From positions 992,001 through 1,056,000 of the forward strand of contig CBDCDZ010000004.1 in NCBI GenBank assembly GCA_965215565.1: a stretch of 64,000 nucleotides of DNA. Direction: 5' to 3'. The notes below the pieces were generated by a model that did not search any database, was not told the DNA's origin, and saw only the letters and a list, made by a program, of their open reading frames with translations. This DNA is from Trueperaceae bacterium. Lineage in GTDB: Bacteria > Deinococcota > Deinococci > Deinococcales > Trueperaceae. A program made the position numbers and the translations under genes. This document shows positions 49,412 to 58,797 of this stretch, in pieces (the stretch's first letter is position 1; every line of letters starts with the position of its first letter).

Positions 49412-49592
49412 ACAGTAGTATCAAACCAAGGGGTTGAAACCCCTTAGTTATCGCATGGAGACGGTAGAAGAAGCACGCGGCGGCATTCGACTTAGGACCG
49501 CTACCCAAAAAGCTGACTAGCTGAAGTACTGACTCACTGAGATGCTTCAACTGCGAACTTTTGTTACGCTTATGTGAAGAAAAAGAGGTAGG

Positions 49593-50252
49593 ATGGGAGT
49601 AGGCAGCACCTCAAATAAGATGCTCGAGACCTTATCTGACTTTCTCAACCAAGCGGGCGCGTTCGCGCCCTTAGTTTACATCTCGTTCTTTCTGGCGACG
49701 GCGCTCTTGCCCTTTATCCCGACGCCTGTGGTTGTTGCTTTGGGCGGCAGTATGCTGGGCTCGGTGCCCGCCATCGGCTACGGCGTGATCGGTTTGGGGC
49801 TCGGCGCGTACCTGGCGCTCAAGCTCTCGCGCACGTTGGGGCGTCCGGTGGTGATTCGCTTAGTTGGCGCAAAGGCGTGGCGGGAGTGGGAGTACCTCTT
49901 GGGCATCCGCTCGCCTGCGATGTGGGGGCTGATTTTCTTCCTCTTGAATATCGACTTTGCGGTGGTGGCTGCGGGGCTCTCGAGCGTCCCCATGTGGCAG
50001 CTCTGGCTGAGCGCGGTTATCGCGCGGCTCCCTTGGCTCGTGCTGAGCGCCTTTTTTGGCGAATCGCTGCTCAGCCCGGAGATGCTGCCGCTTGCGGTTG
50101 CTATCGTCGTGGTGCTCATCGTCGCGATTCACTTCATAAGGAAGCGGCTGCGCCACTACTTCGTTGTAAAACAGATGAATCAGGGGTCAGAGGGCGCTCA
50201 GGCGGCTAAGCCTAAGCTCGCCAAGAAGGACCTGTCGAAGACGGATAGATAG
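49593..50252 (+). CDS. TVP38/TMEM64 (VTT/DedA superfamily) membrane protein
   Basis: PFIPTP, GG.MLG, SRTLGR, AAGLS, ARLP. Confidence 0.8.
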   Translation: MGVGSTSNKMLETLSDFLNQAGAFAPLVYISFFLATALLPFIPTPVVVALGGSMLGSVPAIGYGVIGLGLGAYLALKLSRTLGRPVVIRLVGAKAWREWEYLLGIRSPAMWGLIFFLLNIDFAVVAAGLSSVPMWQLWLSAVIARLPWLVLSAFFGESLLSPEMLPLAVAIVVVLIVAIHFIRKRLRHYFVVKQMNQGSEGAQAAKPKLAKKDLSKTDR

Positions 50253-50271
50253 AACGCCCAGCCCTTAGTTT

Positions 50272-50502
50272 TAGCAGGTCTAGCGGGAGCGGGACCACGC
50301 GACTTCATCTGGTCAGAGTGTACGAAGTTTTGTGAAGCAACACTTGCACTTTGTAAAACGATGTTTCGCTTTGCGAAAAGTGCCCAACTAGCACGCACTT
50401 CAAGGGATGAAATCCCGCAACGGCAGGGCGACCTGCCCGTAACGCTAGTCCTTGCGGACAGAGATCTGCGCTCAACTGTCTCAATATGTTGTGGAACTGC
50501 TA
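50272..50502 (+). repeat. TAGCAG element, copy H (231 bp, extra internal modules)
   Basis: Same ends and core blocks as A and G, with insertions. Confidence 0.93.
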
Positions 50503-50597
50503 TTTTTAGCCGTTAGCAAAGACTTTCAAGCTGACAGCCTTTGAAGAGAAACCGCGTTTAGAACAGCATGATGCACACTTAGAAGACATAAGCTATA

Positions 50598-50755
50598 TAG
50601 CGGTTATCAGAAGTATTGGACTGAAATAGCGCAGATTTCACAGCTTTGCTGTAACGGAACTTCATCCGACAATGTGCGTGCTAGTCGTTGTTCTATCACG
50701 TGAGACTGGCTCAAATCAGCTCCGACCGTAGGGAGACAGACTTTGATACCTGCTA
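50598..50755 (-). repeat. TAGCAG element, copy I (diverged, TATA-flanked)
   Basis: Reverse strand TAGCAGGTATCA...CTAGCACGCACATT...GATGAA...ATCTGCGC...AACCGCTA. Confidence 0.8.
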
Positions 50756-50762
50756 TATGCAC

Positions 50763-52136
50763 CTAATCCAGCGGTATCTTCTTACCCGGATTCATGATGT
50801 TCTTAGGGTCTAGCGCGCGTTTAAGCGTCCGCATCACCTCTAGCGACGCGCCGTGCTCTTCGTCCATGTAGCGCAGCTTGCGCACGCCGACGCCGTGTTC
50901 GCCTGTAGACGTGCCGCCGAGGTTGAGCGCCAGCTTGACGAGTTGATGGCTGACCTCTGCCACCTTTTCCTTGACGGTCTCGTCCTCTTTGTCGAAGAAG
51001 ATAGCCAGGTGAAAGTTGCCGTCGCCGACGTGCCCGACGAGGTACGCGGTGAGGTCATTCTGTTTGCATAAAGCTAAAGATTGAGTGACCGCTTCAGGGA
51101 GTTTAGAAATCGGCACGGCTAAGTCGGTGACGACGCTACTCTTGCCGGGGTTCGCAGCAACCGTAGCGTAGTAGGTGCTGTGGCGCGCGTTCCAGAGTTT
51201 TTCGCGCTCTGCGGGGTCGGTGCTCGAGTCGAACGCTAGCGCCCCCACCTCTTCCGCCAGCTCTTTCGCTAGTGCCGCCTCCGCTTCGACGCCCGCCGGG
51301 TTGCCGTGAAACTCTAGAAAGACCGTCATCTCTTCGGGATAAGACGTCCCTTGATGGGCGTTGACCGCCGCGATACTCTTGGGATCAATCAACTCGCACC
51401 GCGCGACGGGAACGCCCGCTTGAATTAAAGAGGTGACAAAATGCGTCGCCGCCTCCACATCCCCAAAGGGAACCCGCGCCGCCGACGCCGCTTCGGGCAG
51501 TCCGGTCAGTCGCACGCTCACCTCGGTAATGACGCCCAAGGTTCCCTCCGCCCCGCAGTAGAGCCTCGTGAGGTTGTAGCCGCTCGAGGACTTGCGCGAC
51601 TTCGAGCCGGTGCGGATGACCTCACCTGTCGGCGTGACCACCTCGAGCCCCAACACGAAGTCCGCCGTGACCCCGTAGCGCACCGCCGCCGTGCCCGAGG
51701 CGTTCGTCGAGACCATCCCGCCGAGCGACGCATGTGCGCCGGGGTCCACGGGGAAGAAAAGCCCGTCGCGACGCGAGCGTTCGTTGATCTGCGGATAGGT
51801 CACGGCGCTTTGCACGCGCATCAGCAGGTCTTGGGGCGAATATTCGACGATTTGGTCCATGCGCCCCATGTCGAGGGAGACGCCGCCGCGCAGGGGGACG
51901 GTGTGACCTTCGAGGCTCGAGTTCGAGCCTACGGGCGTGATCGGGATACCGTGCTCATACGCGAACCTGACCACGCGCTGCACCTCTTCAGTGGACTCGG
52001 GATAGACTACCGCGTCGGGCAAGACCGCCTCGTCGTAAGACTCGCCCTTGCCGTGCTGCTCCAGCACGGACGCGCTCGTGCTCACCTGCTCGGGGCGCAA
52101 GAACGCCGCCAAATCCTGCGCGATGCTTTTAATCAT
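50763..52136 (-). CDS. FAD-linked oxidase (GlcD/D-lactate dehydrogenase-like)
   Basis: PVDPGA, GAEGTLG, HVGDGNFH, TGEHGVG, MNPGK. Confidence 0.92.
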   Translation of the reverse strand: MIKSIAQDLAAFLRPEQVSTSASVLEQHGKGESYDEAVLPDAVVYPESTEEVQRVVRFAYEHGIPITPVGSNSSLEGHTVPLRGGVSLDMGRMDQIVEYSPQDLLMRVQSAVTYPQINERSRRDGLFFPVDPGAHASLGGMVSTNASGTAAVRYGVTADFVLGLEVVTPTGEVIRTGSKSRKSSSGYNLTRLYCGAEGTLGVITEVSVRLTGLPEAASAARVPFGDVEAATHFVTSLIQAGVPVARCELIDPKSIAAVNAHQGTSYPEEMTVFLEFHGNPAGVEAEAALAKELAEEVGALAFDSSTDPAEREKLWNARHSTYYATVAANPGKSSVVTDLAVPISKLPEAVTQSLALCKQNDLTAYLVGHVGDGNFHLAIFFDKEDETVKEKVAEVSHQLVKLALNLGGTSTGEHGVGVRKLRYMDEEHGASLEVMRTLKRALDPKNIMNPGKKIPLD

Positions 52137-52266
52137 GACTTTAGAGTACGCCTTTAGACGCTTTGACACGACGTGTGTACATAGCGTTTCCACGAGAAGC
52201 TGCTGTAGCGGCTTCTCGTACGAATAGACGCAAATAGAAATAGACGCCATCAGTTGTGTAGCAATG

Positions 52267-52466
52267 AGCAGGTATCATCTGGTCAGAGTGTACGAAGTTT
52301 TGCGAAGCAACACTCTCACTTTTTAGAACATCGTTTCCTTTTGCTGCGCAAAAACTACGTAATCGGAAAACTGCGTAAGCAGCACGCACATTCTGGGATG
52401 AAATCCCGCTAGTCCTCACGGACAGAGATCTGCGCTCATCCGTCTCAGTATGTTTTGGAACTGCTA
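52267..52466 (+). repeat. TAGCAG element, copy J (200 bp)
   Basis: AGCAGGTATCATCTGGTCAGAGTGTACG...AGCACGCAC...GGATGA...GGAACTGCTA. Confidence 0.93.
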
Positions 52467-52589
52467 AATAATACGGATTCCGGTTGTTTACTGCACAAAC
52501 TCTGACGAACCTCTTCTATTCGTAACTGAAACCCGTGTCTTTTCGACTCGTCACGCTCGAGGTGACTCTTGAAAGAATTGTCCAGAAAG

Positions 52590-52621
52590 GCACTACGTCA
52601 TCCTACGTAGTGCGCTTTTTT
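52590..52621 (+). promoter_or_regulatory. Palindrome upstream of the LuxR-type gene (terminator or operator)
   Basis: GCACTACGT/ACGTAGTGC followed by a T tract. Confidence 0.5.
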
Positions 52622-52732
52622 GCGTCCCTGAGCGGCTGCGTAAGTCGATTGACCCACGCGAACTTCGCCCCTCTTTCGCTATGCTCCTTGCAGAACGTCA
52701 CCCAACTTCGACTTCCAGCAAAGGAGCCGTAC

Positions 52733-52978
52733 ATGATCCAGTCCGTTTCTGAAACCGCCCTCTTTACCCCTTCGTTCTCGCTTCAGCCTGACCTGACCTC
52801 ACGGGAGCACGAGGTGCTGAAACTGATTGCTGAAGGCATGACGAACAAGCGCGTGGCTAGGGTGCTCGAGATTTCGCCGCGCACGGTGAGCACCCACCTC
52901 ACCCGCATCTACGGCAAGCTCTGGGTGCGGGGGCGGACAGCGGCTGTGGTGAAAGCGGCGCGGCTAGGGCTCGTGTAG
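52733..52978 (+). CDS. Stand-alone LuxR/GerE-type HTH regulator
   Basis: LTSREHEVL..IAEGMTNK..A..L.IS..TV..HL..IY.KL; AAGGAG RBS. Confidence 0.88.
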   Translation: MIQSVSETALFTPSFSLQPDLTSREHEVLKLIAEGMTNKRVARVLEISPRTVSTHLTRIYGKLWVRGRTAAVVKAARLGLV

Positions 52979-53024
52979 GCACGGTGAGTTTCGAACTCAC
53001 CGCTACGTTACACGCAAGGTCACG

Positions 53025-53963
53025 TTACGAGACGTTTTTAAGCCTCGGATCGAGCACGTCGCGGATGGCGTCGCCTAAGAGGTTGAAACCAACCACCGAA
53101 AAGAAGATGGCGACGCCCGGAAAAATAGACATCCAGGGCGCGCGCAAAAACTGCGAGAAGCCGTCGCGGATCATCAGCCCCCATTCAGGGTCGGGCGGCT
53201 GCGCCCCGAGACCTAAAAAGCCGAGCGCGGCGACGTCCAGAATGGCCACACCGATCGAAAGCGTGATCTGGACGATGAGGGGCGAGAGGCTGTTCGGCAG
53301 GATGTGCCCGAAGACGATGCGGAAAGGATTTGAGCCTATCGCCCGCGCCGCCTGTACGTACTCGGACTCGCGCACGCTTAAGACTACCGAGCGCGTGATG
53401 CGCGTGTAGATAGGCACTTGCGTAATGCTGATCGCGATGAGCGCGTTTGTAAGACTCGGTCCGAGTGTGGCGACGATGGCAATAGCTAAGAGGATGCCCG
53501 GAAACGCCAGCAAGATGTCGACGAGCCACACCACCCCCGTGTCCGTCCAGCCGCCGACGTACCCCGCTAAAAGCCCTAACAAGATGCCGATGCTCGCCGC
53601 GATTGCCACCGCCTGCAAGCCGACGCTTAACGAAATGCGCCCGCCGTGCCAGACGCGCACCGCGAGATTGCGCCCCAGCTCGTCCGCGCCGAAGGGCAGT
53701 GACCAAGTAGAGAGGTCGCGGCGCTCTAACTCTTGAGCGCTCATCGTCCAGCTCGGCGGAGCGAGGCGCAGGCGCAGGTTGCGGTCCGTAGAAGCGTCAT
53801 ATGGTCTCAGGAGGGGCGCAGAGAGCGACAAGAGAATGAAAAAACCGATGATCGCCAAGCCGACGATGCCCGTTGGGTTGCGAAAAAAGCGCCGCAGATT
53901 GTCGCGCCACTGCGCTTCACTCTTGTCGCGTTTTGTAGAGGTGGGGGCGGTGTTTACAGCCAT
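53025..53963 (-). CDS. dppC: Peptide ABC transporter permease (DppC-like)
   Basis: FGADELGR, EYVQAARAIG, HILPN, PEWG. Confidence 0.88.
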   Translation of the reverse strand: MAVNTAPTSTKRDKSEAQWRDNLRRFFRNPTGIVGLAIIGFFILLSLSAPLLRPYDASTDRNLRLRLAPPSWTMSAQELERRDLSTWSLPFGADELGRNLAVRVWHGGRISLSVGLQAVAIAASIGILLGLLAGYVGGWTDTGVVWLVDILLAFPGILLAIAIVATLGPSLTNALIAISITQVPIYTRITRSVVLSVRESEYVQAARAIGSNPFRIVFGHILPNSLSPLIVQITLSIGVAILDVAALGFLGLGAQPPDPEWGLMIRDGFSQFLRAPWMSIFPGVAIFFSVVGFNLLGDAIRDVLDPRLKNVS

Positions 53964-53990
53964 AAAGTCCTTTGGACAGTCAAAAGTTCC

Positions 53991-54055
53991 GAGCAATGAG
54001 CAATGAGTGAAAAGCCTTTGCCTTTCACTTTCAACTCATTGCTCATTGCTTTCAA
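53991..54055. repeat. Heptamer hairpin element, copy 3
   Basis: AGCAATGAGCAATGAGT...ACTCATTGCTCATTGCT. Confidence 0.85.
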
Positions 54056-54090
54056 CTGTTTCATGCATAACGGCATGATACGCCCTGTCC

Positions 54091-55146
54091 TCACGAATAC
54101 TGAATACGCGGATCGATCAGCGCATACGAAAGGTCTACGATCAGATTGACGATTACGAAGACGAATGCCACGAAGAGCACGCCGCCCTGGATGATGGGGT
54201 AGTCGCGGGAGCTGATCGCGTCGTAGACCCAGCGCCCGATGCCGGGCCACGAAAAGACTGTCTCGGTCAGAATTGCACCCGAGAGGAGCGTACCGAAGGA
54301 GAGCCCGACGACGGTCACGACAGGCAAGAGCGCGTTGCGCAGGGCGTGTTTGTTGACGACGATGCGTTCGACTAAGCCCTTGGAGCGAGCCGTGCGCACG
54401 TAGTCTTGGCTCAAGACCTCCAACATCGAACTCCGTGTCATCCGCACCACGATGGCTAGAGGAATCGTGCCGAGCGCGATACCGGGTAAAATAAGGTGCT
54501 TAAACGCATTCCAACTCGCCGCTAGGTTCCCGCGCAGCAAGCCGTCTATAACGTAAAGCCCGGTAATCGGCTGCAAGTCGATTCCGGTGCTGAGCCGAAA
54601 CGACGAGGGCAGCCAGCCCAGCGTGATCGAGAAGATATAGATGAGGATAATCGCGAGCCAAAAGACTGGAAACGAAATCCCGGAGAGCGCGAAGAGCATC
54701 ACAAAGGTGTCGGCAAATTTGCCCCGGTTGAGCGCCGCCCACACCCCCGACGGGATGCCCACCGCCAGCGCGAAGAGCATCGCTACGAGCGTCAGTTCAA
54801 ACGTCGCGGGGAAGCGCGAAAGCAAGCTTTCGCGCACGGGGATGCGCGAGAAGATCGAGCGCCCCAAGTCGCCGCGCAAGAGGTCGCCCATGTAATCAAA
54901 ATATTGGGAATCGAAGAGCGCGCCTACGCGCCCCGTTTCTGCCAAGGCCGCCGTGTTGAGAAAGAGCGGCTCGTTGAGCCCCATATCGTTTCGGAGCCGC
55001 TCGCGCTGCTCCGGCGTGCTGCGGTTGCCGAGCATCGCGACAGCGGGGTCGCCGGGAATGATGCGCGTCAGCGTGAAGATAAGGAGCGTCACCCCGATGA
55101 GCACGGGGAGAAGCCCGAGGATGCGGCGGAGGGCGTAGGCGGTCAA
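54091..55146 (-). CDS. dppB: Peptide ABC transporter permease (DppB-like)
   Basis: IPGDPA, DYVRTARSKG, HALRNA, TETVF.WPG.G, RDYP. Confidence 0.9.
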   Translation of the reverse strand: MTAYALRRILGLLPVLIGVTLLIFTLTRIIPGDPAVAMLGNRSTPEQRERLRNDMGLNEPLFLNTAALAETGRVGALFDSQYFDYMGDLLRGDLGRSIFSRIPVRESLLSRFPATFELTLVAMLFALAVGIPSGVWAALNRGKFADTFVMLFALSGISFPVFWLAIILIYIFSITLGWLPSSFRLSTGIDLQPITGLYVIDGLLRGNLAASWNAFKHLILPGIALGTIPLAIVVRMTRSSMLEVLSQDYVRTARSKGLVERIVVNKHALRNALLPVVTVVGLSFGTLLSGAILTETVFSWPGIGRWVYDAISSRDYPIIQGGVLFVAFVFVIVNLIVDLSYALIDPRIQYS

Positions 55147-55310
55147 GAGGCGAACCTGACCCTACGCGAACATCCGTAAACGTTGCACTGACCGAACTTA
55201 AAGAAAATATTACTCAGTAACGGCTTCGCGCCTCTGTCTCTCAAGCTATCCTCCTCTTAAAATAAAAAGAGAGGGACACCTCAAAGGTGTCCCAAGTCAA
55301 TGCTAGCGTT

Positions 55311-56876
55311 TTACTCTACCGTTACGTCTTTCAAACTGACCGAGCTGTACCCCAAGGGGCTCGCGTTCCAGCCGCTGACGTTCGAGCGAACCGCGTTCAG
55401 CGTCACGTTATGCGCTACCGGAATCGCCGGGATTTGCTCGTGGACGCGGGTTAAAACTTGTGCGTAAAGCTCGGCGCGTTCCTCCTGCTCGGAGGCTTCG
55501 CGAGCTTGCTCCAAGAGGTTGACCGTCTCGGGGTCATCCCAGCCGAAGTCATTGGTCGCCGAGGGACCAAAGAAGGTGTACAAGAAGTTATCGGGGTCAG
55601 CGTAGTCGCCGTTCCAACCAAGCATGTACATGGGGTATTTGCCTGTGGAGTAGTTGTCTAGGTACGTCGTCCAGTCTTCGGTTTGCAGCTCGGCGTTGAT
55701 GCCTACGTCCGCGAGATAGCTCGCAATCGTCTCGGCGATGGGCTGCGGCGCGGGGTAGTAGGGACGAGAGACCGGCATAAACCAGAACTCGGTGTCGAAG
55801 CCGTCGGGGTAGCCCGCTTCGGCTAGGAGCTGACGCGAACGCTCAGGATCGTACTCGTACTGCGAGAAGTCGGCGTGACCGAAGAGCGTCGGCGGGATAA
55901 AGTCTACAGCGGGCGTGCCGAGACCTTCGTAGAAGGCGTCGACGATGGCCGCGTAGTCGATGGCGTGGGCAACCGCTTCACGCACCTGTGGGTTATCAAA
56001 GGGCGCGTTCGCTTGGTGAAACCCGACATAGCCGACGTTAAGTTCACTTTCGGGCACCGCAATCTCTAAGTTGGGGTCATTCTCAACTGTCGTGAGGTCG
56101 TCCGAGGAAAGCAGGGCGGCGACGTCGAGTTCGCCCGCTTGCAAGGCCGCGAGGCGCGCGGTGGGCTCTTCGATGCCGCGAATTACGACCTCTTCGACGT
56201 TCGCTGCGCCGTCCCAGTAGTCCTCGTAGCGAGTCAGACGAACCTGCTCGCCTTCACGCCACTCAGCAAATTCGAAAGGACCTGTGCCGACGCTACCGAC
56301 GCCCGGTGTGCCGTAGTCCGCGCCCGCTTCTTCGACGGCGGTAGGGCTGTCCATCTGGAAGTAAATAGCAGCGATCATGTTGGGGAAAAGACCCAGCGGC
56401 TTGGTGAGGACGAACTCGGCGGTGTATTCGTCAACGACGTTGACCGCCTCGAGTACACTGCCGTCCCCTATCGGGCCGCCCCAGACCCAGCCCCAGGGCA
56501 CGTAGTTCTTGCCCTCGTCGCGGAAGCTGAAGGGGTGATCGGGGTCGTTCCAGCGGTCGAAGTTGAACTTCACCGCTTCGGCGTTAAAGGGCGTGCCGTC
56601 TTGGAAGGTGACACCTTCGCGGAGCGAGACCGTCCAGACGGAGCCGTCTTCGTTGGGCGTCCACTCGGTAGCTAAACGCGGCACGAGGTTCGTCGTACCC
56701 GGCTCGAAGAAGATGAGCGTCTCGGTGATTTGGTTCGACACGGCGAGCGAGTTGCCGTCTTGCGAATCGACGGAATCCAGGCTCGAGGGAAAGCCCGAAA
56801 GCCCGTAGACGAGCGTCTGGGCGTTGGCTAGACCAAACGCTAAAACGAGACTTAGTAGAATGACGAGTCTTTTCAT
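55311..56876 (-). CDS. dppA: Peptide ABC transporter substrate-binding protein (family 5)
   Basis: Signal peptide, LREGVTFQDGTPFNAE, GTGPF, VSRPY, GWNGDY.DP. Confidence 0.9.
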   Translation of the reverse strand: MKRLVILLSLVLAFGLANAQTLVYGLSGFPSSLDSVDSQDGNSLAVSNQITETLIFFEPGTTNLVPRLATEWTPNEDGSVWTVSLREGVTFQDGTPFNAEAVKFNFDRWNDPDHPFSFRDEGKNYVPWGWVWGGPIGDGSVLEAVNVVDEYTAEFVLTKPLGLFPNMIAAIYFQMDSPTAVEEAGADYGTPGVGSVGTGPFEFAEWREGEQVRLTRYEDYWDGAANVEEVVIRGIEEPTARLAALQAGELDVAALLSSDDLTTVENDPNLEIAVPESELNVGYVGFHQANAPFDNPQVREAVAHAIDYAAIVDAFYEGLGTPAVDFIPPTLFGHADFSQYEYDPERSRQLLAEAGYPDGFDTEFWFMPVSRPYYPAPQPIAETIASYLADVGINAELQTEDWTTYLDNYSTGKYPMYMLGWNGDYADPDNFLYTFFGPSATNDFGWDDPETVNLLEQAREASEQEERAELYAQVLTRVHEQIPAIPVAHNVTLNAVRSNVSGWNASPLGYSSVSLKDVTVE

Positions 56877-57103
56877 AGCACCTCCAGGGGGTACGCCTGA
56901 GCCATACCTCGAGCTATACCTAACGAGAGAAAACGGTTTTCGTTAGCGAAGTCCATATGCGCAGGCTGCCCAATGCCGATATGAATGTTATCACACGTTT
57001 ATGCACTTAGCGCAAGAGGTCAGCGTTAATGAATACGCGGCGCGCTCTTACCTAGTCAACGCGAATTGAGGGGTCAGCCAGTCGGTGGGTCAGCGTTATA
57101 TGG

Positions 57104-57194
57104 AGCAGCGATGAGGAACGAGCAATGAGTGAAATCTTTAGACTCACCGTTCGTCCAGCTCGACTGGATTGCTTCCAACTCATTGCGCATTGCT
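57104..57194. repeat. Heptamer hairpin element, copy 4 (degenerate)
   Basis: ACGAGCAATGAGTGAAATCTTTAGACTCA...ACTCATTGCGCATTGCT. Confidence 0.75.
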
Positions 57195-57253
57195 TCTTTA
57201 CGAGCAGCTCGAGCCCAAAATTCACCTCGGCAAATGCTACGATAGAGGGAGCT

Positions 57254-58771
57254 ATGTCAGCCATCTACCAGCGCGCGCGCCCCATCACCTTCGCTCAAGT
57301 CGTCGGTCAAGACCACGTCAAAAGCGTGCTCAAAGCGGCGTTGGAGCGCGGACGCATCGGTCACGCTTATCTCTTCTCGGGACCGCGCGGCGTCGGCAAA
57401 ACGACGACGGCGCGGCTCTTGGCGATGGCAGTGAATTGCGAGAATGAGGACGTGAGTCAGCGTCCTTGTGGCGAGTGCGAGTCGTGCTTGTTAGTGCGAA
57501 GAGGTAGTCACCCGGATGTCACCGAGTTGGACGCGGCGTCGAACAACTCGGTGGAAGATATTCGCGATTTACGGGAAAAAGTTCGGCTCGCCTCACTTAG
57601 AGGGGGCAAACGGGTGTGGGTTTTGGACGAGGCGCACATGCTGAGTAAGTCGGCGTCGAACGCGCTCTTAAAGACGCTCGAGGAGCCCCCACCCAACCTC
57701 GTCTTCATCCTAGCCACCACCGAGCCCGAAAAGCTCCCGCCGACGATTCTCTCGCGCACCCAGCACTTTCGCTTTCGCAGACTTTCAGAGGGTGAGATTG
57801 CGGGCAAGCTCGAGAGGTTGTGCGCGGAGGCGGACGTCGCGGCTGAGAAGGACGCCCTTACCCTAGTCGCAAAAGCTGCCGACGGCGCGATGCGGGACGC
57901 GGAATCGCTGTTAGAGCGACTTTTGACTTCGGGTGAAGCCATTACCCAAGAGGACGCTGAAGCCGCGTTGGGATTGCCGCCACGGTCGAGATTGCAAGCT
58001 CTGGCGAAGCACCTCGTGGGCCGCGATTTGAACGCCCTTTTCACTGAAGCGAGCAGTCTCTACACTGATGGATTTGCGCCGCGCAGCCTTTCTGAGCGCC
58101 TCAAGCTGACCTTGCGTGAGGCCCTTTACACGTCAGTCGGTTTGGCGGATGACTTTCGCCTAGACGCCGCGCAAGATGACCTCTTGCGCGTCATCCACGC
58201 CCTCGACGACGAGGCGGAGCGCTTTGTCCGCTATGATGACCTCTTCTCACTGGAGGTCTCTCTCATCAAAGCGATGAACGCCCTCTCCGGTAACGCACCG
58301 AGCGACGCCGTGGCGGAACTGCCCGAGCGAGCACCCGCGCCAAATAGAAACGGGGCTGCCGCGCAGCCGCCTACGCGCTCCAGTCTGCCCGACTTCGACC
58401 CCGTCGGACGCACGCCGCCTCAACCTCTTTCAAATGGGGTTTCGAATGGTGCGGCGCGAGTGGCGGAGAGGTCTGGAGAACATGCACCTCAGAATGAGCC
58501 TCGAGCCGAATCCGCACCACCTCCCCGAAAGGTTAACTGGCACAGCGTCCAGAGCAAAGCCAGCGCCCAACTCAAAGCCTTCTTGATGCCCGCCAAGACC
58601 GACATCGAGGGTCAAGATATCTACTTGCGCTTCGCGGACACGCACAAATTTCACTTTTCGCAACTCAAGAGTCGCCAGGGTGAACTCACCTCTCTGGTGA
58701 GCGACGTGCTAGGCGGCGGCTACACGCTGCACATCGAAGGACCGGGGGAGTCGCTTGTAAAAAAGTTGTAG
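57254..58771 (+). CDS. dnaX: DNA polymerase III subunit gamma/tau (zero-frame product)
   Basis: GPRGVGKTT, zinc module, DAAS, DEAH, NALLKTLEEP. Confidence 0.96.
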   Translation: MSAIYQRARPITFAQVVGQDHVKSVLKAALERGRIGHAYLFSGPRGVGKTTTARLLAMAVNCENEDVSQRPCGECESCLLVRRGSHPDVTELDAASNNSVEDIRDLREKVRLASLRGGKRVWVLDEAHMLSKSASNALLKTLEEPPPNLVFILATTEPEKLPPTILSRTQHFRFRRLSEGEIAGKLERLCAEADVAAEKDALTLVAKAADGAMRDAESLLERLLTSGEAITQEDAEAALGLPPRSRLQALAKHLVGRDLNALFTEASSLYTDGFAPRSLSERLKLTLREALYTSVGLADDFRLDAAQDDLLRVIHALDDEAERFVRYDDLFSLEVSLIKAMNALSGNAPSDAVAELPERAPAPNRNGAAAQPPTRSSLPDFDPVGRTPPQPLSNGVSNGAARVAERSGEHAPQNEPRAESAPPPRKVNWHSVQSKASAQLKAFLMPAKTDIEGQDIYLRFADTHKFHFSQLKSRQGELTSLVSDVLGGGYTLHIEGPGESLVKKL

Positions 58772-58797
58772 CGGAGCGTGCCGAGGGGGGCGCTCCG
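58744..58797 (+). promoter_or_regulatory. Putative -1 programmed ribosomal frameshift signal
   Basis: GGGGGAG SD-like motif, A_AAA_AAG at 58759..58765, CGGAGCG/CGCTCCG hairpin 6 nt downstream. Confidence 0.8.

Noticed and set aside
86..52466. CRISPR interpretation of the repeats
   Set aside because: Copies are long, dispersed and variable, with no regular spacers and no cas genes.
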